DNA from: Salpingoeca rosetta
Taxonomy: Eukaryota > Protista > Choanoflagellata
DNA: 64,000 bases
Direction of reading: 5' to 3'
NCBI GenBank assembly: GCA_033442325.1
Contig: JAWQFM010000013.1
Location: 962,885-1,026,884, forward strand
Notes under the pieces: model-generated
Database searches by the model: none
Seen by the model: the letters and a program-made list of their open reading frames with translations, nothing else
Told to the model about the DNA's origin: nothing
Position numbers and translations under genes: made by a program
Shown: positions 47,900 to 63,854 of the stretch, in pieces
How positions within the stretch are numbered: the stretch's first letter is position 1
Layout of the letters: each line of letters begins with the position of its first letter

Positions 47900-50173
47900 A
47901 TGGGGGCAGCGTTGACGGTTGCGACTGCTGAGCCAGGTCGCCGCCATGCACGGTTGAGACGACACAACAAACCATCAGCGTCAGGAGCAGGAGCAGGAGC
48001 AGGAGCCAGCTCAAGAATGAGCAAGCCGTCAAGCCGCCGCCAAAAAGCATCCCCAGGCACGCGCGTCGTGCATTACCCTCGCACACAATACCTGGACACC
48101 GAGCACCAGCGCGCAGGGCACCTGAGCGTGCCGTCAACAGACACGAAGAGCCTGAGCCTGATCAAACTGGCGGACAAGGGCGGAAAGTTTGCCCTCAAGC
48201 AAGGCAAGCAGAAGAAAGGGAAGCAACAGCAGTTCCCCCGGCACCGCCGCGTCCGCCGCAGTCGTCGCAAGCACGACAGCTGCTCCTGCAGCTTTGGTGC
48301 GCCCGCGTGCGAAAAGCACTTTGCCGTTCGCGAGTGGAGCGAGGTGGAGCTCGTGCTCAACCACTCCTCCAGCGGCGCAGGCAGCGCACGCCGCTGCCGC
48401 ATCAACACGCTCAAGACCGACACCACCACCTCCGTCCACTTCTTGGAGCCCGTGTCATCGCCACGCGCCCTGAGCGATGAGAGCGCCGACCCAGTGTATG
48501 TGACGGACGAGCACGGCAACCGCGTCGTTGTCTCCTGGTACCTGCAACTTGAGCGCGATGACCAAGATACGAAGGACAGCGACAGCAGCAGCAGCAGCAG
48601 CAGCAGTGGCGGTGGTGGCGATGGTGTTGGTGGCAGCGACTTGGCCGCCAAGAAGCAGCAGCAGCAGCAGCAGAAGGGACAGCACGAGCCAGGCTGCGAA
48701 GGAGACGCCCACGGCAGCAAACAGACTGGTGATGGCGATGATGTGGTTGAGTCATTCTACAGCGTGCTTGCCACACACAGCGTCACCACGCCAGCTGGCA
48801 TCGCGCCACCCCAGCCGCTTGCCACGATCCAGGAACAGGAAGAAGGAGAAGAGGAGGAACCAGAAGCAGAAACCAAGGGGACGGTGGATGCGCAACATGT
48901 CGAGCAGGCAATCAGCGTCACCGTGTGCGAATCTGAGATTGTTCAGACGCACCGACAGCAGCAGCAGCAGCAACAACAACAACAACAGCAACAACAACAA
49001 CAACAACAGCAACAACAACAAGAGGACAACACGGAGGGGGCAGCAGCAGCGCAGGGGAGCGAGCAGACCACCAATGACAGCAAGAGCGACCCCAAGACCA
49101 ATGCTCACGCACACGACGACGCAGCACAGGAAGTGGAGGAGCAGGAAGCGAGTGAAGCGGACACGGACGACACTTGCTTGTTCCACCACCACCGCCATGC
49201 CTCGCTGGGCGACACCATGGTGTCTTGCCCACTGTCACCGATGGATGTGGTGCTGCGCCAACGCCAGGCCCGCGCAACCGCGCTCGCCGCCGCTGCAACC
49301 GCAACTACAGTGAGCATGGCTTCATCTTCAGACGCCAAGACTGCACCCGCGACCAGCACGACCAGCACGACCAGCACGAGCTTTGCCTCCCTGCCTCAGC
49401 ACAGTGAGCATGAACTAGGAGCAGGAGAAGACCCAGATAACGCTGTGCCAGCGCTCTCCGCCAGCACAGACTCCCTACCCCCACCACCACCGCCGCCACC
49501 GCCGCCACCACCCGCCCCGGAACACGACGCGGCCGAATTGGGTCCGAGCAGCGTCCTGAGCAAGGCTGCGGCGATGGAGGGCCAAACACTGTTTGCTCCG
49601 CGCTCGCCACCACTGCCGCCGCCACCGCCACCGCACATGTTGTGCGGGTCACCATCCCTACCACCATCCCCACCATCCCCACCATCACCACAGTCGCCAC
49701 CGCCACCGACGACGAGGCCGATTGTGGCGTTTCCGCCCCCACCGTCAACCCCGCCCCCACCGCTGCGCGCACAGAGGGATGAGACGCCGCAGCGGCGGTG
49801 CATCTCGTGCCCGCACCATCGCCAGAGGTGGTCGTTCAAGCGCGAGGAGACGACCGAGTTGTGGGTGTACCCGCTGATGGGCGATGCGCAGGTGGGTGAC
49901 CTGCTCCACACCATGCTGACGCCCAAGGCGTACTATGTGCTGTGCCGGTGCTGGTGCAGCATTGGGCACTGCTGGCGCGTGTCATTCCTTGACGATGCCG
50001 GGAGCGTTGTGCACCACAGCCTGGCGCACGCGCCAAACGGGCGGGTGTATGTTGACGGTGTGCTGATGGCGCACCGCCGCTTCAGTGACCTTGCCTCTGC
50101 CCTGTTTGCATGGCTGGAGCTGAACCAGCCCCAGCTGCGCTTTTGTGTTCGCCCATGTATCGTTGTTGTGTGA
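47900..50173 (+). CDS. Intronless ~757-aa protein: possible N-myristoylation site, basic region, polyQ/acidic/poly-Pro linker, C-terminal SH2-like domain
   Basis: Uninterrupted GC-rich ORF free of CA/TG tracts. Starts MGAALT, contains several PPPPP runs, and its last ~100 aa follow an SH2-like pattern (W..LL..YYVLCR..VSF..VVHH..F.DL). Confidence 0.75.
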   Translation: MGAALTVATAEPGRRHARLRRHNKPSASGAGAGAGASSRMSKPSSRRQKASPGTRVVHYPRTQYLDTEHQRAGHLSVPSTDTKSLSLIKLADKGGKFALKQGKQKKGKQQQFPRHRRVRRSRRKHDSCSCSFGAPACEKHFAVREWSEVELVLNHSSSGAGSARRCRINTLKTDTTTSVHFLEPVSSPRALSDESADPVYVTDEHGNRVVVSWYLQLERDDQDTKDSDSSSSSSSSGGGGDGVGGSDLAAKKQQQQQQKGQHEPGCEGDAHGSKQTGDGDDVVESFYSVLATHSVTTPAGIAPPQPLATIQEQEEGEEEEPEAETKGTVDAQHVEQAISVTVCESEIVQTHRQQQQQQQQQQQQQQQQQQQQQQEDNTEGAAAAQGSEQTTNDSKSDPKTNAHAHDDAAQEVEEQEASEADTDDTCLFHHHRHASLGDTMVSCPLSPMDVVLRQRQARATALAAAATATTVSMASSSDAKTAPATSTTSTTSTSFASLPQHSEHELGAGEDPDNAVPALSASTDSLPPPPPPPPPPPPAPEHDAAELGPSSVLSKAAAMEGQTLFAPRSPPLPPPPPPHMLCGSPSLPPSPPSPPSPQSPPPPTTRPIVAFPPPPSTPPPPLRAQRDETPQRRCISCPHHRQRWSFKREETTELWVYPLMGDAQVGDLLHTMLTPKAYYVLCRCWCSIGHCWRVSFLDDAGSVVHHSLAHAPNGRVYVDGVLMAHRRFSDLASALFAWLELNQPQLRFCVRPCIVVV

Positions 50174-50191
50174 TGATGCCCTGGACATGCG

Positions 50192-50261
<70 letters not shown>

Positions 50262-51665
50262 GGCATGACTGCCCCAGCTTCCAATGTGCCTGTTTTGTTT
50301 GTGAAGTTTGTTTGCCTGGTTGTCACAACCTCACAACATCACCTCACAGTATTGCTTATTGCTGAACTCTGTTCATATGATGTCCATATGATGTCCAACC
50401 AATCCTGTACACACAACCAAGTGCAAAGCCCTGAGAGGCCCAGGTTCAGACAAAAAGCATTGTGAGCGCGTGTGAATGGTGTGGAAAGAAGGGGAAAATG
50501 TGGAGGGAGGGTGGTTCACAGCACGGAACGACGAACACCGCCTCCTGCCAAAGCACGTGCGCGACAGCATAAGTTGTAGGAAATTGTGCCCCACCGGGAA
50601 TCTTGAAAGGCGTGGAAGCGCGTGCATGTTTTCGTTCTTTCGTTGTCAAGACGAGTTTTGTTTGTTGGACGTCTGCTGTGTGTTGGTTGGTGTGCGCGCA
50701 TCCCACCAAGATGTGTGTCACATCATCACATCACATCATCACCGATCGGCGGGTGTGGTGACGACAAGAACCTGACAAACAGATGTGGGTGGTGTGAAGG
50801 TTGCCCGCCACGCATGCACGCGTCTCAACGCCAATCAATGGAAGAATGGAGCAGTGTAAACGTGTTCTCAGGCAGGAGATCATGTGTTGAAAATGAACGC
50901 CTGAGCTGGCTTCAGACAAGGCTCTCTATTCTCTCCATTTTGGGCATCAATTCACTGTGGCGCTGAAGCGCGTTGTGTGCATCTGCACCTGCATCACACA
51001 TGATGAAAGAGACAAAGAAGCAACAGCCACACAGAGGCAAGGAAGGAGATACACGAGCGTGACAACAAGGACAACACTAGCACCCAGCATAACCAGCAAG
51101 ACACACACACACACACACGCCACTCAAGGAGCAAGCGTTTAGCATGAGGCGCACAAAACACCAAAACACGTACACACACACACATAAACGCGTACACACA
51201 CACATTAACGCGTACACACAAAACACACACACGCGCGCACACACACACGCACACACAGACAGACACACTTCAGCGCTGGGTGATGAAGTAATGAGTGAGA
51301 CATACAAATGCTGTTGGGGATGGGATACTTAGTCAAGGGGAAATGAAATAAAAACAAGCATCCTACCAGCCAACAAAACAAGCAAGGGGGCCAGTAAGGA
51401 GCAAGGACACAGTGCGAGAAGGAGGTGTGAGGGACATGTCACAATCAGCGCCAATGCGAGCGGCGTTCTGGCTTGATGACGGCAAAGGGAAAGTAGCACG
51501 CTCAAACACTGAGGATGGGGGTCAGCATAACTTGTGGCTTAGGAGCACAGCGAACATGGCCGTGATATGTACAGGCGTTGCTCTGAGACGCAGTGGGCGC
51601 TCGCAGGCGTGAAGGCGTGTGCGCGCGCTTTTCGAAAAATGAAGTTGCAATGCAATGCAGGGTGG

Positions 51666-54298
51666 CTATCCTTCGTGCTCGTCGTCGTCCGGCATATCAG
51701 GTGATAACTGGCGGTTAAAGTCTGCAATCTTTCGACGAAGCACTGTGGTGAGGTGCGTGCGCGTGTGGGAAAAAGATGTGGCTGGGGTGAGCAAGCACGA
51801 CGGAACAAGCAACGCAAAGCAATGGTGACAGAATGCAGATGAAACAGCCACGCGCACTCACAATCAGCACACACACACACACATACACGCGCATGTGACA
51901 GGGGCGAGTTTTGTCACGCCCACCGCACCCAAATTGCACAACCAACGAAACTAACGAAACACAAAACAAAGCAGCACGAACATCAGGCACCCAATCATCA
52001 CAACGGCACCATTCAACACAACATAACACAACACACACACACACACACCACGCACGCACACACACACAACACACACACACACACACACACACACATTGTT
52101 GCATTTTCTTCGGGAATTGGCGACACACGGCGATGGTGCGACAACGCGTGCAGCGGTGATCTAATGTAAGCATGAGGGGTGCGCAGGTGTGACAACAGGG
52201 GGTTTAGCTTCACGTTACAAGAAGGGAAATCCAGAACGCTCAACCACGTTGCGGAGCAACACAGAAAGCAGTCAGCATTCGTACGTTGTGACTGGTCAAA
52301 CTTGAACGACTCCTTGCCACAGGTGTACTGTCGTTCACATCCTCGCGGCATAGTCTTCAAATCTTGGAAATGCGGTCACCAACAGACATCGAAAACGCCA
52401 CCATGGTGAGTCGAGCGGTGCAGGCTGCACAATCACACTCGGCTTTTCTTCGCCTTCTCCTTGTGCGAACGCATGGCATTGATGATGCTGCTGTTTTGTT
52501 GTTGTCGCTGCTGTCTCTCTTGATGATGATGTTGTTGTGGTGGTGGTGGTGGTGAGCACACGATACCTTCAACAAAGGCTTCTAAGGTGTAAGAGGGGTC
52601 AATTGCTCTCTGCTGCCTATCGATCCACTTCAAGATGTCGTTGTACACGCCACTGTAGCACACGTTGCAAATACTGCGCAGTGCGAAGTAACGTCGTCGT
52701 GAGGTGCAGAAAGAGAAACAGAGAGAGAGAGAGTGTGTGTGTGTGTGTGAATAAGTGAACGAGCGAGCAAGCGAGTGTGTGTGTGAATAAGTGAACGAGC
52801 GAGCAAGCGAGTGAGTGAGTGAGTGAGTGAGTGAGTGAGTGAGTGAGTGAGTGGGTGAGTGAGTGAGTGAGTGAGTGAGTGAGTGAGTGAGTGAGTGAGT
52901 GAGTGAGTGAGTGAGTGAGTGAGTGAGGGAGTGAGTGAGTGAGTGGGTGGGTGAGTGAGTGGGTAAGCACAGGCGCTCAAACGTACGACAACGTCGAAGC
53001 ACAATCAACCACGGCCACCACCACCACCACACCTTTTGATGGGTTTGTGGCTGGAGCGATCACAGATGGGGCAGAACTGGTGCTGGCTGCCCGAGGCGTG
53101 CGCTGCTCTGCCCGTGGGCCCGCCCGTGGGCGTATCTGGCCCTGAAGACGGCATGAGCCCGGTGTCCATCGATGGCGAGGGCACGGACGGGGAGTGCTGC
53201 GATGAGGCGGAGTCGTGATATGGCTGTGCTCGCGCAATGGCCGGGGGTGGTAGGCCCGGGCCTGGGCCAAGGTGTGCAGCCCCGCTGGCCGAGGGAAACA
53301 CCGGTGGTGCTCGCGCTGGCCGCTGTGGCGGCGCCTCTGCGGTCTCAAAGAACATGCTTGCCACGCCACGGGCCGTGTCGTGAGCGGCCGGAAGACGGAA
53401 CTGCAGACGTTGCTGCTCGTTGGGTGCGTCCGCTCCGAGACGCTGGAAAGCAAACCCCATCGCTGTGCGCGCCCGCGCACCCGCCCGAAGCGAGCCCCGC
53501 ACATGATGTGCAGGCTGCTGCTGTTGTTGTTCTTGTTGGTACCACTGCTGCTGCTGCTGCTGCGTGTGTGGGGCGTGTGCACTATCGACGCTGGCAGCAC
53601 TCGTGGTGTCGTGCTGGCCACAGGCCCGCGCCATGACGCCCGCCATCACAGCCATCAGCATGTGCTCCTCTATCCGTGCCGTGCCAGGGGCGCGCATTTC
53701 ATTGCCGTTGTTGGCGCTGCCGCTGCCCGTTTGCTCGTCAGCTGCAAGCAGCATGGACTTGGGCGGCAGGCTCCCGTGGCAGGAGATGGGCATTGACTCG
53801 TTAAAGCTCCGCTTCATCCTGTGCCCGCCTCCTTCGTGCGTCCTCATTTCTCCCATCGATGTGGCTGCTGTTGCTGCTGTTGCTGCTGCTGCTGTGGGCG
53901 GCTGTATTGCGGCAGGGAGCTCAATCAGCGGCGTTGCTGCGGACGACAGCTGCGGTTCAGACGCGGGCGCTTCGAATGCATCGTCTGGCTCGAGACGTCG
54001 CCCCACAGGCCACGCCACGTCCAGGGGGGATGGGTCTGCCAGGGAAAGCGGCACCAGAGGTAGCGGCGTCAGGCTGCTGGGCTGTCGCTGCGCGTGTGCC
54101 TGTGGTTGATGTAGCAAGCGAGCAGAGGATGTCGGGTAAAGAGTCGCCAACGCGAGGCCCGTGGAGGCGGGGTTGGGCAAGTGTGAAAGCGAGCAGTGTG
54201 ATGGCGACGTTTGTGCCAGCGCGTCGTGGAAGGCGCGACTCATGTCGAGTTCTGACGCAGCCCAGTCACGAAGGGCTCCCCCGGTGTGCTTCTGCTCC

Positions 54299-54383
<85 letters not shown>

Positions 54384-54913
54384 GTTGTCGTTTAAAGGCG
54401 TCGAGAATGGCGGCGGGAAGGAAGGCAGGCAGGTCGGGGTTCTGCCGTTGCGTGCGCTGTGCCGGTTGCGTGTGTGTCCGAGTGTTGGACCATGCCAGTG
54501 TCATGGACGGCGAAGTGTCCACGTGCTGTTGGTGCTCTGCTTCTGTGCTGGACTGCGAGGGCGCTTGTTGCTGGCGTTGGTGGTGACGGGGCTGGTGTTC
54601 GCGACACCGTGGCACGGCTGCCGGCGGCTGGGGTTGCGATTGGCTGTTGAGGAAGTAATTGAGAACCGTACGGCAAGCAGTTGGGACGAGTGACTGTTCA
54701 CAGCTGGCGGGTACCTGATCATGAATCCACTGCCCAAGCACCTGCTTGGCAAAGGCAAGCTGAGAGACTGCTTCTGCTTGGGTGAGTCGCACGTCACCTT
54801 CGCCACCTTCTTCAAGCAGCTGCTGTTGCTGGTGGTGCTGAGCATGTAAGCCTTGGCTGTCGTCATAATCCTGGCCTGTACTCGAGGTTGGTGTTCGCCT
54901 TCGTAGTGGGTAC

Positions 54914-54992
<79 letters not shown>

Positions 54993-55224
54993 GCTGTTGT
55001 TGTTGTTGTTGTTGTTGTTGCTGCTGCTGCTGCTGTTGTTGCAGTTGCTGTACGGCTGCAAGCAGCGGTGTTGACGATAACAGTGCGGTGCCTGCCTCAT
55101 CGTTGCTGGCGATGGTGTTGTTGTTGTGGTTGTTGTTGTTGTTGCTTGCAGGGGCGTAGCATGTGCTGCCAACCGGGTCGGCGCGCGCTGCCGTTGCCGG
55201 GCCCTGCCCGCCATCTTCCGCCAT
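51666..55224 (-). CDS. PolyQ-rich putative transcription factor with C-terminal 9-Cys double zinc finger; exons 55224-53033, 52673-52567, 52362-52285, 52160-52095, 51742-51666
   Basis: A ~730-aa first exon has two long polyQ tracts and a basic HRMKRS motif. Four downstream exons join in matching phase through GT-AG sites to give CPIC..CNVC..CERQYTC..CTRCRTIAVC and end LRRKIADFNRQLSPDMPDDDEHEG-stop. The exon-3 acceptor is a weaker AAG. Confidence 0.72.
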
Positions 55225-57203
55225 GCCGGGAGGCTGCTGTGTGGCGGAGCATGCAAACGACTGCGCAGGACAACGCCCTGGTGCCACAAAAGGTGGTTAC
55301 CGGCCACTGGGGATGGGTGATGCGAGGGAAGGAGGGTGCTGTGGGTGGGGACGCACTGGCCAATCAACTTGAAACAACTCCATCAAATGTCAACAGCAGC
55401 CTGGGAGTAAAGGTAGGGCTGGCTCGGACAGGGACTCGCTTGGTTCTGGGCCGCATGGCAGAACGATGGGCAAGAACCCCCGGGGGAAGGAGGATAGAAG
55501 AGTGAGTGTTGGAGGGCGCGTGCGAGGTGGGTAAAATTGTGAGAGGCATGGTTGGGGACGAGAGGTAGGAGGAGTGAGTTAGGGGGCGGGGGAGGGTGGC
55601 TGAGACCGGAAGAAGACAACCGAAGAGGTGGTGGCAGCGAAATAATTTTGTGGTGAACTGGTGTGGTGGTGCGTCGTTGCACAAGATGAAAAACACCAAA
55701 CAAACATGTGTTTGTGCGAACGAATGTGTTGGTGTGGTTCGGTCTTGAGTGCTTGGTACGATGGCGGAGTTTGCTCTTGAATGTGAGCGTGATGTGCTGG
55801 AGACGGCGCAAGACTGAGGTGCAGACGCATGTACACGCACCTGTCTGTCAGTGTGTGGTTATTTCTTTGGTGCGCTGTTGTGCTGTCCTCCTCTGGGAGG
55901 CCTTGGAGGGCTCTGGTAAAACGAGCAGAGGTGGAAACAAGAGGAGGGAAGGAAAACAATGGGCAGGCGGGCTGAGGAAGGGCGATGGGAGCTGTGTGCC
56001 TGCTGGGTTGCTGTCGATGGCTGGTGAGGAGGAGGAATGCGAAAAGAACGGGCTGTAGTTGCTGTGGACAACAGTTGAGTGGGCGAGTGGTGCATGTACA
56101 CACCTGGCGATGAGCGTGCAAGCGCACGAAGCGCAAGGCAGGCACGAAGCAGCCGCGAGGGAGTGAGAGGTGAGACATGGTTGAAGGTTGTGTCGTATGG
56201 ATTGTTCAGACAAGAAAAGCGGGGAACACAAGGAGGGGGGGGGGGGAATACAGCCTCTTGAAGGAAGTGGTGCGTGCAATTGCGTGGCAATACCAAGCAG
56301 CGCAGACAAACGCGAACGAAGAAGAAAAAAACAAAAACAAGAAGAGTGCGGCAGACAAGAAGGCAGGCAAGGGAGTGACACGTTGCGTTGCTGAGTGTCT
56401 GTGTGTCTCACCTTCGCTACGACACACGTGTGTTTGTGAGTGAGTTGGTGGTGGTGGTGGTGCTTGGCGAGTCGAGTGGGAAGAAATAAGTGTCGACAAC
56501 GTGCTGGATGCTCTGGGTTGTTTCGTTGCTCCAAATGCAACCAAGCTTGGCGTGGCTTTTGGGGTTTCAGCAGCGGCTCAGCGTTGGCTGAAGAGAAAGG
56601 ATAGTTCCACGTGACCCGAATGCTTTGGACGTCTGTGCAGCGTGCAGATCTACCGACACAGGAGATCAAGGAGAAGAATGTGTGTTGTGTGTGGTTGGTG
56701 ATGGTTGTGCGTCGTGTTTGTGTGAGAGGAGCTTTCGCGCGCGTGCAAGTGGATGCCACCGCATGAATGCAGCGCACAACCGCACGAAGGTGAAGCACGC
56801 GAAGGAATGAAACACAAGAGGATGGCAGGTGGGGACAGGTGGAGGTGATGGTGATGGTGGCGGCGGAGGTGGTGGTGGATGTGCCTGTGTGATGCTTGCA
56901 AGCAACCGAGCTACCAGCCACACGTGTACACAGCACTGCATACATGCAGAACACAGTGCACATGCAACACACACACACACATGCACGCAATGCACACAGA
57001 GCACAGACGACAGATGCACAAGCGACCCAAACCACGTCAAAACACACGCCATGAAAGTACAGGCAGACAGGTGTGTGTTGTGTTGTGTGGTGGCATGGCT
57101 ACACACTACACATACAGGGTGGGGTGTTTGAAGTGCAGGGTATCTGCGAGTTGCAAGTGTGCGAGACGCACGCAAACGCCTCGCTGGCGTGCAGACACAG
57201 CGT

Positions 57204-57235
<32 letters not shown>

Positions 57236-58506
57236 GGAAAGGCAAAGGGCCACCAATTCTCTTCTAACTGGAGGGCACAGCCTTAGTGGTGGAGTGTGGC
57301 TGACTTACGTGTGATGTGACAAGAAGGTTGGCGAGAGCAGAGGAGGTTGTTGATGCGTGCGCAACCGGCACTGCAGCGTGCGTGCGTGTGAATGTGCGTG
57401 TGTGCGTGTGTTGGGTGGGTTTGGACACACGCGGGGTAGAGAGGCAGAAGAGAGGTCAGGGAGAGCAAAGCCCTTTGAGGGTGTTGTGGCGAGCAGAGTG
57501 ATGCCTGGCTGTGGATGACGTTTCGCGTCAGCGAGTGTGGCTGAGACCGTTGGTGTTGGTGGTGCCGTGTAGCTGTGGTACCTGGGTCGCGGCCGGGTGG
57601 TGTGATGGATGACGACCCGTGTATTTTGCCCTCAGAAGCCACCGCCAATGCCAGATGTGGGTGCTCTTACACGCTGCAAACAGGTAGGTTTCACTTCCCC
57701 CACACTGACCACGGAAGAGGGCAGCGCGGGTGGTTGGTCACTCTTGCGGTTTGTTCTGTTTCTGGAGGAAAGAAAGCCAGCGCCAAGACGCAGTTGATGT
57801 GAGCCGGGTAGGCCAGGCCAATCAATCAATCAACACACGGACAGCGTGGGAGAACGCTGCGTCTGCAATCCAACCAACCCAGGTCGGTGAGGAGAGGTAC
57901 GAAGAAGAAGAAGACAAATGCTTGCTCACTTCTTGCTTGCTTGCTTGCTTGATGGCGCGCCGGTGACGCGGGGATGAGGCAAAGGGAAGCCCGCAACGAA
58001 CAAGGCAGGGAAAAGGCAAGGCTAATTATGCGAGGCAAGGCAAGGTGCACCATTGCACGGCAACACGGGTGCAGTCAGTGAGCGGTGCAACTGTCACGCT
58101 GGTTGATTGATGACGGCATGTGCTGGAAGCGGCGGTTCGTTCGTTTGTTTGCTTTCTTGTGGGCTTTGTGGGCTCTGTGTGGTTTGGTGGCTGCCTTGCT
58201 CACGCACCCATGATGCCGCGCTGATGTGTGACAACGTGTCAAGTTGTGTGTGTGGCTTGGGAGTCTTTGTTTTGTGTTTGGTTTTGTGTGGGAACCAGCA
58301 AAGGCGCGCGTTGGTTGCGTGGAGACGAGGCGTGGTTGCACACATCACGTGTCTGTGAATGTTTTGCCCCGCCGCGTGGTGTGTTGCATGCATGCAAAAC
58401 TCGGTGTTTTGTGAACTTTTAGAACAGGCCAACGGTTGGCCAAACCGGGCAATCGGAGCGCGTACGGAGCGCCGTTGTTGCACATCAAAAACACGCATGG
58501 GCGCAC

Positions 58507-61870
<3,364 letters not shown>

Positions 61871-61987
61871 TGTTCATGTCGAGTGTGGGTGAGCACGGCA
61901 GTGGTGAGCACGCAGACACGCGTTGGTCTTCGCACCAAGCACACCACCACACAGTGAGCAAAGAGTCACAGCGCAAACAACAAGACA

Positions 61988-62028
<41 letters not shown>

Positions 62029-62396
62029 ACGCACCAATGTCAGTCATGACTGCGCTTGCTGTCTGTTGCTTGCTGTTGTTGGGCTTGTTGATTTTTATGG
62101 TGTCGCACAACCGCAAACAACTCCACAACAACCAACCAACACCCACGCTCACACGATGATGTGAGATGTTGTGTCACAATCATGTCATCACACACATGCT
62201 GGAAGAACAAACAAACAAACGCACAGCCGCGCATCGTCATATCGTCATGGAGCGGTTCGTAATGTAACACGCATCGCAGGCAACCCAAGCACAACCCAAG
62301 TGTGCGCTGAACACGCGCGCCAACCCGCCGCCATGGCACAAACGTCGTGCCACATCACAACGTCGTGTCAGCCATGAGCAACCACTGGCCCATCGC

Positions 62397-63112
62397 TCAC
62401 TTGAGGAGGGCAACAAGAAGCTTCTCGTAGTCGCCAGAGCAGTCGTCCTGGGCCAAACACAGAGGCGCGCGATACGCCGCAAGCACAGCGTACAGGCAAA
62501 AGGCCATATGAGGTGACGGTTGTGTTCAAGTGAACACGTGAACCAGAGAGCGGCGACAGCGCAGGATACCACCACACTTGCCCCAACGATAACAACCACG
62601 AAAGCGACAACAACGACAACAACGACAACCACTGCAACGCACCTTGACGGCTGCAACAAGGCTCTTCTCGTACTCGTCAATGTACGCCTCGGCAATGTCG
62701 GCGAGATCCTTCTCCGAACTGATGTAATTCGTTAAAATAAAAGAGTGACATAAAAACGCGGAACCAAAGGAGAAGGTTGCATGAATGAGTGCAATTTGTT
62801 CGCGTGAAAATATGGGAGTAATGCTTCACGGAGCGCGCGCGCGCGTGTGTGTGTGTGTGTGTGTGGTGCACGAAATCGCCACAACGGAGCGAGGGTCAAG
62901 CAAACAAGCACGCAAGCAAACAAACAAACAAGCAATTAAGCAAGCGCACCGGGAGACGATGATGCGGATCAGGGCGTCGTCGTCCGTGCCAGCGCCCTAT
63001 CACCACACACACACACATGTCAGCGACGATACAGTAAACGAAAAAGATGATATCTTCCTGATGCAGAGTAAGGCGAAGGCAGACGGGGCTGCAAGTCTCT
63101 CTCTCTCTCTCA

Positions 63113-63181
<69 letters not shown>

Positions 63182-63367
63182 AACAAAGGGTAGCACGACA
63201 CAACCTTGATGGCGCGGTGGAGGCGCTTTGCAAAGAACTTTGGCGGGTTGCGTGCGCACTCGAGAACAGCGAGGAAGGCAAACTCCAGGTCGCCGCTCAT
63301 CTCCTTCTTCACGGCCTTGGACAGGTCGTAGTCGCTGATGCCCCGGTACGCCTCGCACACCGCTGCA

Positions 63368-63453
<86 letters not shown>

Positions 63454-63795
63454 TGTGTGTGTGTGTGTGTGTGTGTNNNNNNNNNNNNNNNNNNNNNNNN
63501 NNNNNNNNNNNNNNNNNNNNNNNNNNNNNNNNNNNNNNNNNNNNNNNNNNNNNNNNNNNNNNNNNNNNNNNNNNNNATGCATGGGATCGCGGCGCTGTTT
63601 GTCCTGCACGCGAAGCAAAGACATGGCAGCAAGCAAGACACAAACGCACATCGGCCTGGGCCTTGTCCTCGTCCACTTCTTCCGACTCGTCGCGGTTGCC
63701 CTGACAAAAGAGATTGGCGTAGATTGGTCCACGGGATCGCGTGAGCATTAGGGACGGGCCACACAGGGGAGGGAAAGGAAGTCGACACAGCGAAA

Positions 63796-63854
<59 letters not shown>

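Noticed and set aside
50156-50173. C-terminal CIVVV as a CaaX prenylation signal
   Set aside because: The Cys is fifth from the end, not fourth.
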